A DNA stretch of 40,000 nucleotides from Gallaecimonas mangrovi (lineage in GTDB: Bacteria > Pseudomonadota > Gammaproteobacteria > Enterobacterales > Gallaecimonadaceae), in contig NZ_CP031416.1 of the NCBI RefSeq assembly GCF_003367375.1, forward strand, positions 3,900,674-3,940,673, in the 5' to 3' direction. Below, in pieces: positions 24,248 to 34,845 of this stretch; position 1 is the first letter of the stretch, and every line of letters starts with the position of its first letter. Made by a program: the position numbers and the translations under genes. Below the pieces are notes generated by a model that saw only the letters and a list, made by a program, of their open reading frames with translations, did not search any database and was not told where the DNA came from.

Positions 24248-26134
24248 TTACTCAGGCAACACATTAAAGGTCACCGAGCTCGGATACTGCTCAGAGTGGT
24301 ACACCTTGTGGGTCGCACGTTCAAAGTCGGCTTTTTTGGCCTCAAAAATATTCGGTACATATTTTTGCGGGTTCAAATCGAGGAACGGGAACATGGTGCT
24401 TTGAATTTCTATTTCCAGTTTGTGGCCACGTTTAATGTTGTGGAACACGTCGTAGAGGTCGAATTTCACTTCAGTAGGCTTATTGGGCACAAAGGGCTCA
24501 GGCTTGGAGAAGCTATTGCGGAAACGGCCGCGAATAACGCCCCAGCGCACCAGTTCATGGCGATTGCCGGTGTCATCATCTTTAAGGCCGGTGTTCTCGT
24601 CGGTGCCGGGGAACACATCCACCAGCTTAACGATAATGTCGGCGGCGGTGTGGTCGGTCGAGAACCACAAGTTGACCTTAAGGCGGCCAGCAATGGTCAT
24701 GTCGTGCTTGGCAACCGGGGTATCAAATACCAGCACGTCGGGGCGACGGGCGGCAAAGCGCTGGTCAGCGGCCATGTACTCACGGGCCCAGCCACGGGTA
24801 ATGCTGGTGGACTGCGGTACCGGTTTATTGGGGTCAGAAACGTAGTCGCTAAAGCCGCCTTTAGGGTCTTTGTGGTCCAGCAGCTTTTCACCGCCGCCTA
24901 AATACAGGGTTTTAGACTCGGTGTGCTTGGGCGGCCAGCTGTCAAAGGTACGCCAGCGGTTAGCACCGGTTTCAAAAACAATGGCTTTGGCCAGTTCAGG
25001 CTCTTTTTTCCCTTTCAGATAATGCTCGAAGAACGGCAGTTGCACGTGGTCTTGGTACCACTTGGTGGTGTCAAAACCGAACTGGGCGGTGCCCATGTGC
25101 GAGCCGTCGGCGCGGTTCCATTGGCCGTGGAACCAGGGGCCCATTACTAGGCGAACGTTACTTTTCTTGTTGCCATGGGACATGGTGGCGTAGGTAGACA
25201 GCGCGCCGTACAGGTCTTCGGTGTCGTACCAGCCGCCCACCACCAGGGTTTCAGGCTTGGTGTTTTTCAGGTGCGGCAACACATTACGGGCCTGCCAGTA
25301 GGCGTCGTAGTTGGGGTGCTCGGTAATTTCGTCCCAGAACGGGCGCTTATGGTGGAAGTATTCCTTGTTGGCGTTGCTCAAGGGGCCCAATTCTTTAAAG
25401 AACTGGTAGCCGTCTGGGGTGTAGAGCTTGTGCCCTTCCGGCCAAACGCTAATGGGGCCCTTGCGGGGCTTGTCAAAGGTGTCGAGGAACAAAAACGCCA
25501 TGGGGGTAACGAAGGTGCCGCGGCGGTGGAAGTCGTCTCGGAACCAGTTGGCGATGGGCGCCTGCGGGGAAATGGCTTTTAGCGCCGGGTGGGCGTGAAT
25601 AGACGACACCGAGGTGTAATAACCCGGGTAAGAAATGCCCCACTGGCCCACTTTGCCGTTGTTATCGGGAATGTGTTTTACCAGCCAGTCGATGGTGTCA
25701 TAGGCGTCGGTGGCATCATCGGTGGCCTTGCCACCTTTTTCGGCTGCGTCTTGCGGGCGCATGTTGACGAACTTGCCTTCAGACATAAAGCGGCCGCGAA
25801 TGTCCTGGAATACAAAGATATAACCGGCTTTTTCAAAGCTTTCGCTTGGCCCTAAGCGGGTTTTGTATTTGTCGGCTCCGTACGGCGCAACCTGGTAAGG
25901 GGTGCGCTGCATCAAAATGGGGTATTTCTTGGAGCGATCGTAGGGAATGTAAACCGAGGTAAAGAGCTTAACACCGTCGCGCATCGGGATTTGGTATTCA
26001 AACTTGGCATAGTGGCTACGAATGTAGTCAGCCCGCTCTTTATCGGCCTTGGCAGGCTCGGCGGCAAAGGCCGTGCTGACCAACAGCAGCGCCGCCAATG
26101 CTGCCGCGAAGCCGCGCATCATTATGGTTTTCAT
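24248..26134 (-). CDS. CocE/NonD family hydrolase (S15 Xaa-Pro dipeptidyl-peptidase type), secreted
   Basis: 628 aa with a signal peptide (LLVSTAFAAEP) and the nucleophile segment WGISYPGYY. A large C-terminal beta-sandwich region is typical of the family. Confidence 0.8.
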   Translation of the reverse strand: MKTIMMRGFAAALAALLLVSTAFAAEPAKADKERADYIRSHYAKFEYQIPMRDGVKLFTSVYIPYDRSKKYPILMQRTPYQVAPYGADKYKTRLGPSESFEKAGYIFVFQDIRGRFMSEGKFVNMRPQDAAEKGGKATDDATDAYDTIDWLVKHIPDNNGKVGQWGISYPGYYTSVSSIHAHPALKAISPQAPIANWFRDDFHRRGTFVTPMAFLFLDTFDKPRKGPISVWPEGHKLYTPDGYQFFKELGPLSNANKEYFHHKRPFWDEITEHPNYDAYWQARNVLPHLKNTKPETLVVGGWYDTEDLYGALSTYATMSHGNKKSNVRLVMGPWFHGQWNRADGSHMGTAQFGFDTTKWYQDHVQLPFFEHYLKGKKEPELAKAIVFETGANRWRTFDSWPPKHTESKTLYLGGGEKLLDHKDPKGGFSDYVSDPNKPVPQSTSITRGWAREYMAADQRFAARRPDVLVFDTPVAKHDMTIAGRLKVNLWFSTDHTAADIIVKLVDVFPGTDENTGLKDDDTGNRHELVRWGVIRGRFRNSFSKPEPFVPNKPTEVKFDLYDVFHNIKRGHKLEIEIQSTMFPFLDLNPQKYVPNIFEAKKADFERATHKVYHSEQYPSSVTFNVLPE

Positions 26135-26244
26135 GACATTTCCTTAAAATTTTTTACATAGCTTCCCGTTTGTTGGGTAGCGGTACAAGGGCGCAACGGC
26201 AGAGGGCAGGGGTTTCGGGGTAAGCGGTTGTTAAACTGTGATCT

Positions 26245-27129
26245 TTAGCGCACTACGCCTTGGCGCAACTGGCAGGTATCACGCCGCGGCGGCGCGCCAA
26301 AAAAACGTGCGTATTCGCGGCTAAATTGTGAGGCGCTTTCATACCCTACCCGCAGGGCAGCGCTGCCGGCGTCCATGGCCTCGTTCAGCATCAATTGCCG
26401 GGCCTCAATAAGCCTGACCTCTTTTATGTATTGCAGCGGGCTTGTGCCAGTGACATTGCGAAAATGCTGGCGAAACGACGAAGGGCTCATATTAGCCATG
26501 GCAGCTAAGTCGTCTACCGCCGTGTTCTCGGCAAAGTGCGCTTTCATCCAGGCGATAACCTTGGCCACCCTTTGTACCGGCGAACCTAATGACACCAGCT
26601 CCCTTAACATTGCACCACCCGGGCCGCAAAGCAGCCGCACCATGATCTCTTGGTGAATTAGCGGGGCGAGCTGTGCTACCAGAGCGGGCTGCTTGGGCAA
26701 CGATAACAACCGCACCAGAGCCGCTTCAATATCGCTATCGCCGCTAAAAACCCGCATGCAGCGGCAGCCCCCGGCTGGTGTTAAATTCATTGGCAGCTGC
26801 GTGGCTAACTGGGTTAACAGTAATACATCTAGTTCCAACCACACTCCCAGAAAAGGCGTCTGGATGCTTGCCTCGGTCACTTGGTTGGTGATGGGTAAGT
26901 CGGCGTTAGTAATCACCATGGTGCCGGCACTAACCTGAAAATGCTCGCGCCCCACCATCAGGCTTTTCCCGCCCTGCACCGTGATGCCAATGCCGAACAG
27001 AAACATGCAAGGAAAGGGCGGCGTTTTTTGCTGGTAACGATGCAGCCTGACCCCCGGTACCGGCGAAGATGACTCACCGTCGCTTTCAATCAATTCGGTC
27101 AGTAGCTGCACTAGCGACGTTGTGGCCAT
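26245..27129 (-). CDS. AraC family transcriptional regulator
   Basis: The C-terminal double HTH is LAAMANMSPSSFRQHFRNVTGTSPLQYIKEVRLIEARQLM...VGYESASQFSREYARFFG. It is divergent from the mdaB-like gene. The start is either 27129 or 27168. Confidence 0.8.
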   Translation of the reverse strand: MATTSLVQLLTELIESDGESSSPVPGVRLHRYQQKTPPFPCMFLFGIGITVQGGKSLMVGREHFQVSAGTMVITNADLPITNQVTEASIQTPFLGVWLELDVLLLTQLATQLPMNLTPAGGCRCMRVFSGDSDIEAALVRLLSLPKQPALVAQLAPLIHQEIMVRLLCGPGGAMLRELVSLGSPVQRVAKVIAWMKAHFAENTAVDDLAAMANMSPSSFRQHFRNVTGTSPLQYIKEVRLIEARQLMLNEAMDAGSAALRVGYESASQFSREYARFFGAPPRRDTCQLRQGVVR

Positions 27130-27309
27130 GTTAAGTCCGGCATGCAAAGACAGAATTGACTCTAGCATAGGCAGGCTAGAGCTTTACCCAAAGCAAGGTA
27201 GTGTTGTTGGTTTAGGCAAAAATATGCTCGCTTTTGACAACCGCTTTCAGAGCCAAGCGCGCCATGATGAATACCTACTCCCCCTCTGGCCGATAGCCAA
27301 GGAACCGTT

Positions 27310-27930
27310 ATGAAAAATGTATTGATCATCAACGCCCACCAGCATTATCCGGATATCTCGCCAGGCCGGTTAACGCGCTACCTGGTTGAGGTTATTGCAG
27401 ACACTCTGCAAGGCCAGGGCTTTGCAGTGCGTCACAGCCATATCGACAGCGGTTATGACGTGCAAGAAGAGCTGGATAAACACCTGTGGGCAGACGTTAT
27501 TATTCTGCAGGCGCCCGTTAACTGGTTTGGCGCGCCCTGGAAGCACAAAAAGTACCTAGATGAAGTATTTAACGCCGGCCTTGCCCAGCAGAGCCTGATA
27601 GCAACCGATGGCCGCAGCCGCCATGATCCCAGCCGCCAATACGGCACCGGCGGCCTGATGCAGGGCAAATCCTTTATGATGTCACTCACCTGGAATGCCC
27701 CCGCTGCCGCCTTTGGTGACCCAAACCAGGTGCTTTACCAGGGTAAAACCGACCACGACGCCTTTTTGCATATCGCCGCTTGTTACCGCTTTTGTGGCGC
27801 GGCCATCGTACCCACCCACTCGTGCTTTGATGTAATGAAAAACCCTGACATTGCCGCGGATGTAAAACGGCTCAAGGCGCACTTAGCAACGCATTTTGCT
27901 GCCTCAAACATCACTACCCAGGCGGGCTAG
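27310..27930 (+). CDS. mdaB: NADPH:quinone oxidoreductase MdaB (flavodoxin-like fold)
   Basis: It is collinear with E. coli MdaB as I recall it. LWADVIILQAPVNWFGAPWKHKKYLDEVF matches LWADVVIWQMPGWWMGAPWTVKKYIDDVF. The segments DGRSRHDPSRQYGTGGLMQGK and MSLTWNAP also match. Confidence 0.8.
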   Translation: MKNVLIINAHQHYPDISPGRLTRYLVEVIADTLQGQGFAVRHSHIDSGYDVQEELDKHLWADVIILQAPVNWFGAPWKHKKYLDEVFNAGLAQQSLIATDGRSRHDPSRQYGTGGLMQGKSFMMSLTWNAPAAAFGDPNQVLYQGKTDHDAFLHIAACYRFCGAAIVPTHSCFDVMKNPDIAADVKRLKAHLATHFAASNITTQAG

Positions 27931-29427
27931 TTAGAGCTGGCTACGCACCGGCAGCCAGGACAAAACATGGGCCATAAAGCGCCGCCACACCGTGGCTTGC
28001 GGTTCGGTGGACTCGGTCCATACTTGGCCGGCAATTTGCCGGCGCCAGACCAGCTTTTGCCCGCAAAAGGTTGGCTGCCAGCTTTGACTGCCGCTGATAT
28101 AAGGCGTCAGTAATTGCTGCAGCTGCGCCGCCAGCTCAGGGCTGTCTATCAGCAAGCCCATCTCGGTATTGATAAAAATCGAGCGCGGGTCAAGGTTGAA
28201 GGTGCCAACAAAAAAGCGGTGGTCATCGTAGCTGATGAGCTTGGCGTGCAGCCCCGACAGGCTGCCGCTTTCCTTGCCGCCGGGCAGTTCAGCATCAACC
28301 GCCAGTTCCGATAGCGCAATGTCGGCACTGAGCATGGCTTCACGCTGGGCGGCGTAACCGGTATGGGCCAGTACCACATCATTGGCCGCCAGGCTGTTGG
28401 TCAGAATGTGGGTTTCAACGCCGCTGCCTTCCAACATGCCCATCTGCGCCAAAATCTCATTAGAGGGCACCAGATAGGGGCTGACCACCGTCAGCTTGTG
28501 GCGAGTATTACGGGCCTCACGGGCCAGGGCCAGGGCGGTGTGCGAGCCCATTTTACGGTGACTTTTTCGCAGCGGATGCACCTTGGAAGGCAGGTCATAC
28601 AACACCTGCATCTCGGCGCTAACCAGCGGCTTTTCCAGCACATTTTTGGGAAGGCTATCTAACAGTGCCTGGCAGTGCGGCTGGTCCCAAAAGGCGTTGA
28701 GCTTTTTAAAGGCCTGCCGGGCTTCGCGCCTGAGTGGCCTAAGGGTGATTAGCTGCGACACCGGCACCGACCATTCGGCGTTGTAGAACAGGTCAAAGGC
28801 CTCAGCGACCTCTTGGGCGATGTCGCCCACCGCCAGCACGTCCATGTCTAAAAAGTTGCGCCTGGGGTGCAGGCCAAAATATTCATCGCCAACATTGCGC
28901 CCCCCCAGCACCACCGCTTCACCGTCGACGATCAGCGCTTTGTTGTGCATGCGGTGGTTAGCACGGGAAAAGTCCCACAGCCATTCCAGGGGGCGAGTAA
29001 TGGGGGTAAGCACCCGGCTGCCAAAGGGGTTAAATAGGCGAATGGCCACATTGGCATGCACATTCAGGCGGGCGATCAGCGGGTCGTCCTCGGTGTGCAC
29101 ATCGTCAATTAACATCCGCACCTGCACCCCTTTGTCGGCCGCACTTAACAGCGCCGCCAGCAACAATTTCCCCGAGGTGTCGCCCCGCCATTGATAGTAC
29201 TGGGCATCAATACTGATCTCGGCGCGGCGAATAAGCGCCAGCCGCACCGCCAGGGCGTCTTTGTTGTCGGCCAACAGCCTGGCGCCCTTACCCAGTTGCT
29301 GCTGCCAGGGGCGGTTAGCGGCAGGGGGCAGACGGTTTGACAGCACCCTGGCAAAACGCGGCACCCGGTTGACGGCGCCAGCCACCAACAACGACAGCGA
29401 CGTTAACCACCAGCGCAAGCCGCTCAA
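27931..29427 (-). CDS. Phospholipase D family protein (two HKD motifs)
   Basis: HRMHNKALIVDGEAVVLGGRNVGDEY and GLHAKLISYDDHRFFVGTFNLDPRS are both present, after an N-terminal hydrophobic segment. Confidence 0.8.
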   Translation of the reverse strand: MSGLRWWLTSLSLLVAGAVNRVPRFARVLSNRLPPAANRPWQQQLGKGARLLADNKDALAVRLALIRRAEISIDAQYYQWRGDTSGKLLLAALLSAADKGVQVRMLIDDVHTEDDPLIARLNVHANVAIRLFNPFGSRVLTPITRPLEWLWDFSRANHRMHNKALIVDGEAVVLGGRNVGDEYFGLHPRRNFLDMDVLAVGDIAQEVAEAFDLFYNAEWSVPVSQLITLRPLRREARQAFKKLNAFWDQPHCQALLDSLPKNVLEKPLVSAEMQVLYDLPSKVHPLRKSHRKMGSHTALALAREARNTRHKLTVVSPYLVPSNEILAQMGMLEGSGVETHILTNSLAANDVVLAHTGYAAQREAMLSADIALSELAVDAELPGGKESGSLSGLHAKLISYDDHRFFVGTFNLDPRSIFINTEMGLLIDSPELAAQLQQLLTPYISGSQSWQPTFCGQKLVWRRQIAGQVWTESTEPQATVWRRFMAHVLSWLPVRSQL

Positions 29428-29645
29428 GCGCCTTCCTCAACCTTTGCCACACCGTCACCCCAATAGCATCTGCTCTGCAACATCATGAGATATAACATAA
29501 ACAACTAACTGCTTGTTCATTTCTCCTTAAAGTACATAGGGCAACCTTTAGGAAGTCTGTCAGCGCAGCAAAAAGGAGCTGCTAAGCTGAGCTGGCACCG
29601 ACAGGGTTCCTGTTGTAAGGAAAATGACGTATCCAAGGAGTGGAC

Positions 29646-30299
29646 ATGAAAAAAGCACTTTGCGTGTTGGCGCTGCTGCTGTGCAGCTGTGCCCAAACCC
29701 CGAATAAAGCCAACCAACCTCAATTCGATGCCGTGGTCACCCAAGACCAATTGGATAACAGCCCGGTAAAATCGCCGGTTCTGCATCGCGTGCAAAGTAT
29801 TGCCATTGCAGACCTTTCAGCCTTTTTGGTGAATACACCGCTGGAAAATCAGCGCCTGTACGATGCCATGGTCAAAGAAACCACAGCGCTACTGGCCGAC
29901 GACACCCGCTACCGCCTGGTTGGCCCGGCGATGTTTGCCAAACAGCTTAGAGACATGAAAGTGTCGCTGGACCTTGGCAGCATGAGTGAAGACGAAATTA
30001 ATCAAATCTTGGCCAAAGCCGGCTACGCCTTGGGCGTGCATGCGGTGGTGGTGGTAAACCTTAAAGACGGCGACCAAGACACCCACTGGTTGCAGGTGCC
30101 GCAGCAAGCCAAGGTTACCGCCGCCATGACGCTGCTGCGCACCCGCATCTATATGCCGCTTTGGCAGCAACGCGAAGCCATTGCCTGGAACGATAGCAAC
30201 CATGGGCTGGCCGAAGTGGCGCAAGATAACCTTGATAGCGAAGTCAAAACCGTGCTGCAGCCGCTGGTGCAGGCGTTTCGCCACGATTACCAGAACTAA
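29646..30299 (+). CDS. Hypothetical lipoprotein
   Basis: AAGGAG lies 5 nt before the ATG at 29646. The lipobox is LLLCSCAQ. I recognise no family. Confidence 0.55.
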   Translation: MKKALCVLALLLCSCAQTPNKANQPQFDAVVTQDQLDNSPVKSPVLHRVQSIAIADLSAFLVNTPLENQRLYDAMVKETTALLADDTRYRLVGPAMFAKQLRDMKVSLDLGSMSEDEINQILAKAGYALGVHAVVVVNLKDGDQDTHWLQVPQQAKVTAAMTLLRTRIYMPLWQQREAIAWNDSNHGLAEVAQDNLDSEVKTVLQPLVQAFRHDYQN

Positions 30300-30369
30300 G
30301 CAGCTCATTACTAAGGCCAAACCAGAACAAATTAATAAATGCGTTACAATGTGATAACAATATCGACGA

Positions 30370-31962
30370 TTGCAGGTGTACTCCTTGCGGCAATTGAGTC
30401 TGCGCGTACAAATCGCCATTGTTATCACCGTTATGGCCATTGCACTGGCTTGGCTTTTTACCGTTTTTACTGCCTACCAGAGCCGGCATGCGCTGGAGCG
30501 TTTATCCGGCCACTTGCTGGCGCAAGATGCGCAAATTCTGGTGGACCAGCTCGACCAGGACCTTGACACCCAACTGCAACTTTTTGACTTTGCTGCCGCC
30601 CTGCCCGGCCTGCACGCGCCGTTAAAAGAGGATGTTGTCCGCCAAGTATTAAAGGCACTGGCGCAGCAGCTACCCAAGCTGCAATGGCTGGGGCTTATGG
30701 ACAGTAGCGGCAAGGTGCTCTATGCCGCCGACGGCAGCTTGGAAGGCCGCTCCCTGGCCGACCATACGCTGTTTTTACAGGCCAAAAACCAAAAAAGTGG
30801 CGTCGACAATGTTGCGGTGATTGGCGCTGCGATTTCCAAGGCTCACATCCAAGGTGCGCAGTCGCAAATGGATATCTCGGTGGCGCTGTTTAATACCGAT
30901 GGCCAGCTTAGCGCCGTGCTGGCAGGCCAGCTGTCTTGGAGCTGGACTCACCAAGTATTCCAAGCCTTAACCCTGCCAGAGCAAGACTTTAGCAACCTGG
31001 ATTTGTTGTTGATGGATAAAAGCGGCCTGGTGTTGCTGGGGCCGGAACCCTGGTTGGGTAATACCTTTTCGCCAGCCAACCTAACCACCTTGTCACAGCA
31101 CCGCTGGGCAACCTTGGCAGAGGGCGATAAGTCCTATTTGAGCGCCCTTGCCAAAAGCCGCCACAGTGAACCCGGCTGGCAAATTGTGCTGCGCCAACCC
31201 GCTGATAGCAGTGCCCAGGCCGCCTCGCCCTTTATTGGCCGTTTGGTTTGGCTAAGTGTGGTGATAAGCCTTATCACCGCCGGCCTTGGCTGGTGGCTGT
31301 CGGGGCGCATTAGCCGCCCTATTGCCCGTATTGCCCGCGCCGCTGACCGCCTGGCCGCAGGCATTCCCAGCCGCATTCCCAACGCCAAAGGCTCACGGGA
31401 AATTGAGGTACTGAGTCAATCCATTACTGAACTGGTAGCAAGCTTAACCCAGCACCAGTCGGCGCTGGGCGCCATGGAGTCGCTGGCATTAAAAGACACC
31501 CTAACCGGCCTTCCCAACCGCAGCGCCTTAATGAAATTCATGAACGGCCAGCATGAGCCGGTGGTGATGTTTTACATGGACCTAGACGGCTTTAAAGGCA
31601 TTAACGACAGCTTTGGCCACCAAGCCGGTGACTTGGTACTAAAAGAGGTGGCCAAACGGCTTAATCACAACATTCGCGAGGGCGATATTGCGGTGCGCTT
31701 AGGGGGCGACGAGTTTTTGGTGGTGCTTCAGCTCAGTGCCCATAGCCAACCCGAACAGGTGGCGCAGCGTATCCTCACCGCGGTGGCTAGCCCCATGGCC
31801 AGCCACTGGGGCGAATTAGCGGTGGGTTGCAGCATTGGCGGTGCCTTTTGGCCTAAAGACCATGACGACCCGAAAACTGTGATCGCCATGGCCGACCAGG
31901 CGCTCTATATGGCCAAATCGGCTGGCAAGGGCCAAGTGGCCTTTTATCAGAACCAGTTATGA
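30370..31962 (+). CDS. Diguanylate cyclase with periplasmic sensor, TM/HAMP and GGDEF domains
   Basis: It has two TM segments, a HAMP-like segment (RISRPIARIARAADRLAAG), and GGDEF domain motifs YMDLDGFKGINDSFGH and RLGGDEFLVVL. The start is TTG. Confidence 0.8.
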   Translation: MQVYSLRQLSLRVQIAIVITVMAIALAWLFTVFTAYQSRHALERLSGHLLAQDAQILVDQLDQDLDTQLQLFDFAAALPGLHAPLKEDVVRQVLKALAQQLPKLQWLGLMDSSGKVLYAADGSLEGRSLADHTLFLQAKNQKSGVDNVAVIGAAISKAHIQGAQSQMDISVALFNTDGQLSAVLAGQLSWSWTHQVFQALTLPEQDFSNLDLLLMDKSGLVLLGPEPWLGNTFSPANLTTLSQHRWATLAEGDKSYLSALAKSRHSEPGWQIVLRQPADSSAQAASPFIGRLVWLSVVISLITAGLGWWLSGRISRPIARIARAADRLAAGIPSRIPNAKGSREIEVLSQSITELVASLTQHQSALGAMESLALKDTLTGLPNRSALMKFMNGQHEPVVMFYMDLDGFKGINDSFGHQAGDLVLKEVAKRLNHNIREGDIAVRLGGDEFLVVLQLSAHSQPEQVAQRILTAVASPMASHWGELAVGCSIGGAFWPKDHDDPKTVIAMADQALYMAKSAGKGQVAFYQNQL

Positions 31963-33830
31963 GGCTTAACATGCTTGTTTAAGAAGTCGAGATAAGCCTT
32001 AGCCGCCTTAATACGATTGGCTTTTTTAGTAAAGCCATGGCCTTCATCAGCAAAGGTGAGGTATTGCACCGCCACTTTGCGCTTTTTAAGGGCCGCCACC
32101 AGTTGCTGACTTTCCACCGGCAACACCCTGGGGTCGTTCATGCCTTGCAGCACCAATAACGGTTTGGTGATGTTATCGGTATGAAAGAGTGGCGATATAC
32201 GCTCCAGGCGGGCTTTGTCGGCCACAGGGTCGCCCATTTCTGAATACAAGTAGGCTTTGTAGCTTTGCCACCAGGGCGGAATGGAAGCCAAGGTGCGCAC
32301 CCAATTGGTGACACCAAATAAATCAATACCCGCGCTGAAGGTGTCGGGGTGAAAAGCCAGCGCCGCCACCGCTAAGTAGCCGCCATAACTGCCGCCCATT
32401 ACCGCCACATGCTCGCCGTCTGCCCAGGGCAGGGTTTTTACGTAGTCGCGGGCACTCACCACATCGGCCAAATCGCCTTCACCGTGCTGCTTGTCGTCCA
32501 AGTGGAAGAAGGGTTTGCCGTAGCCAGAAGAGCCGCGATTATTGACCGCCAGCACCCCATAGCCATGATTCACCAGATACTGAATAACGGCATTGTAACC
32601 ATGGCGGCTTTGGCCGCCGGGGCCGCCATGCAGCCACAGCACCATCGGTACTTTATCGCTGCTTGATGCGGTTTGCGGCTTGTATAACAGCGCCGGAATG
32701 GTGAGGTTGTCGGTGCTTTGAAAGCGCACCACCTTGGCGGCGACCAAGCGGTTTTTATCGATACCCGCGCCCAGGGCATGGGTTAGCTGGCGCAGCTTGC
32801 CAGAGGGTAAGTCCAGTGCATAAAGGTCGGCCGGGCTGGTGTCAGAGTCGAGGTAAAACAGCAAGGTTTTATCGTCATTGCTGAAGGTCACATCACTGAT
32901 ATCGCCCTTGGGCAGCGCCGGCAGCTGCAGACGCTTACCGGTAAAACGCTGATAAATCTCTAAGCGGCTATGGCCGTCTTCATTAAAAGATTGAATGCGA
33001 TAACGCCCTGAATGGGAAAAGGAAAAATGGCTGATATCCCAATGGTCACTGGCCACCTGTTCCTGGTTGCCGGTGAGTAAATGGTGCGACCACACCTGCT
33101 TAAAGTTGCTAAAGGCGTCGGTAGCAAAATACAGGTAATGGTTGTAAGGGCCGAAGGTTAAGGCATTAAAGTTGGCCTTTTCACCGGGCAGGTCGCCAAT
33201 GAGCTGCGGCGTTTTATCGGCAGATTCTAAATCCACCAGATACAAGTCGCTGTCGGCGTTGTTATTGATGCGGCTGAGGGCCAAAAAGCGGCCATTACCG
33301 CTAATGCTGCTGATAGCAAAGGCCTGAGTGTTGTCAAAGATCCGCTGGCGCTGGTAGCTACTGGCATCGTAGCGGTAGAGATCCATGACGTTTGGGTCGC
33401 GCTCGTTACTCAGTACATAGAAGCTGCGGCCATCCTGGCTGAAGGCTAAAAATTCGGCGCGGGCATTGGGGTCGGGTATCAAGTCATGTTGGCCAGCATC
33501 GTCATCAACATAGAGGTGGTAAATCTCGTTGCCACCCTTGTCACGGGTAAAGAGGAAACGGTTGTCACCTGGAAACCAGCTTACCGCATAGGTAGATTGC
33601 TGGCTTTGGGTGAGGGCCTTGTCGGTGCCGTCGGCAACGTTAATGGCATGCACATTAAACACACCGTTTTTGTCGCTGCTCACCAGCGCTTGCTTGCCAT
33701 CTTCTGACAGTGACAGGTTCTGGTAGTTAACGCTGTCAAAAAAGGCGTTGGCATCATAGCTGGCAGGCTTATCGCCATGGCAGCCGGCCAGCATCAAGCT
33801 CGATACCACGAACAGCAACAAAGAACGCAT
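31947..33830 (-). CDS. S9 family serine peptidase, lipoprotein (paralog of 3277-5169)
   Basis: It is collinear with the first S9 gene: lipobox LMLAGCHG, WLHGGPGGQSRHGY, GGSYGGYLAVAALAFHP, QGMNDPRV and DEGHGF. Its 3' end overlaps the cyclase gene by 16 nt. Confidence 0.85.
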   Translation of the reverse strand: MRSLLLFVVSSLMLAGCHGDKPASYDANAFFDSVNYQNLSLSEDGKQALVSSDKNGVFNVHAINVADGTDKALTQSQQSTYAVSWFPGDNRFLFTRDKGGNEIYHLYVDDDAGQHDLIPDPNARAEFLAFSQDGRSFYVLSNERDPNVMDLYRYDASSYQRQRIFDNTQAFAISSISGNGRFLALSRINNNADSDLYLVDLESADKTPQLIGDLPGEKANFNALTFGPYNHYLYFATDAFSNFKQVWSHHLLTGNQEQVASDHWDISHFSFSHSGRYRIQSFNEDGHSRLEIYQRFTGKRLQLPALPKGDISDVTFSNDDKTLLFYLDSDTSPADLYALDLPSGKLRQLTHALGAGIDKNRLVAAKVVRFQSTDNLTIPALLYKPQTASSSDKVPMVLWLHGGPGGQSRHGYNAVIQYLVNHGYGVLAVNNRGSSGYGKPFFHLDDKQHGEGDLADVVSARDYVKTLPWADGEHVAVMGGSYGGYLAVAALAFHPDTFSAGIDLFGVTNWVRTLASIPPWWQSYKAYLYSEMGDPVADKARLERISPLFHTDNITKPLLVLQGMNDPRVLPVESQQLVAALKKRKVAVQYLTFADEGHGFTKKANRIKAAKAYLDFLNKHVKPHNWF

Positions 33831-33935
33831 CGAGAGGCTCCATTTTAAAAAGGGCAGCCAAAGAAGGTGTATGAAGGCTAACGGTCTGTCAAGAAAGGGA
33901 AACTAAGGCCTCAGCAAGCCAAGGCCTTAAGGTAA

Positions 33936-34592
33936 TTAACACACCTGGGTGTGAGTATCGAGTTTGTCTTCTAGCACCAGCCGCAGTTTGTCGCCCTTGT
34001 TGAGCACGCCAACGCCTTTAGGGGTGCCGGTTAGCACCAGATCGCCCGGCTCTAAGGTGAAGGTTTGGCTTATCAGTGCCAACAAGCTGAGAATTGGGGT
34101 GATCATTTGGCTGGAATGGCCGTCTTGGCGCAACTCGTCGTTTTGATAGAACTGGTAGTGAATGGCGCCAAGGTCGTCAAAGCCTTCGGTGCCTACCAGT
34201 TCGGTTACCACACAGCTGCCGTCAAAGGCTTTGGCCAGCTCCCAAGGGTGACCCTTTTGTTTAAGCTCGCTTTGCAGTTCGCGCAGGGTTAAATCTAACG
34301 CCAAACCGTAGCCGGCAATGGCGTCTTTGGCCTCGGCTTCAGAAGCCTTGGTAAGCGGCTTACCAATTACTACCGCCAGCTCGCACTCGTAATGCACCGG
34401 GCCACGACTTTCGTCCAGGGTAAAAGCATCGTCAGCCGGGACAATGGCGCTGGCCGGTTTCATAAACAGTAATGGCCGCTCAGGCACGGCATTACCCAGC
34501 TCTTTTGCGTGCTCGGCATAGTTACGGCCTACACAGACCACCTTACCCCTGGGCCAAGCCAGCGGTTCACCGGATTTCCACTTAAGCTGCAT
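33936..34592 (-). CDS. Fumarylacetoacetate hydrolase family protein (YcgM-like)
   Basis: The start at MQLKW (34592) has a GGAGGA SD. Family motifs are GRNYAEHAKELGN, PLLFMKP, ECELAVVIG and GDLVLTGTPKGVG. Confidence 0.75.
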   Translation of the reverse strand: MQLKWKSGEPLAWPRGKVVCVGRNYAEHAKELGNAVPERPLLFMKPASAIVPADDAFTLDESRGPVHYECELAVVIGKPLTKASEAEAKDAIAGYGLALDLTLRELQSELKQKGHPWELAKAFDGSCVVTELVGTEGFDDLGAIHYQFYQNDELRQDGHSSQMITPILSLLALISQTFTLEPGDLVLTGTPKGVGVLNKGDKLRLVLEDKLDTHTQVC

Positions 34593-34787
34593 TTCGGGTT
34601 CCTCCCACAATAAGAGCAGTTGTTGTACTACGGCCTCTGTTCCGGCACAAGCTAACTGAATCGCTGCTGAGCGGCCTTTGGGGCCCTGGGAAGCAATTAC
34701 CGAAACGCCGGTAATTTTTTCATGGCGGCCGCTCGCGCCGCCACCCATGAAAACGTTAACCAATTGATTTTAAATCATTTAAAAAGT

Positions 34788-34803
34788 TGGCACAGCTCTG
34801 GCA
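34788..34803 (+). promoter_or_regulatory. Sigma-54 (-24/-12) promoter candidate upstream of the BON-domain gene
   Basis: TGGCACAGCTCTGGCA matches TGGCAC-N5-TTGCW at 10 of the 11 specified positions. It lies 43 nt upstream of the ATG at 34846. Confidence 0.6.
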
Positions 34804-34845
34804 ATAGCTAAAGCGACAACGTTCGCAGATCCCAAGGAGGAGCTT

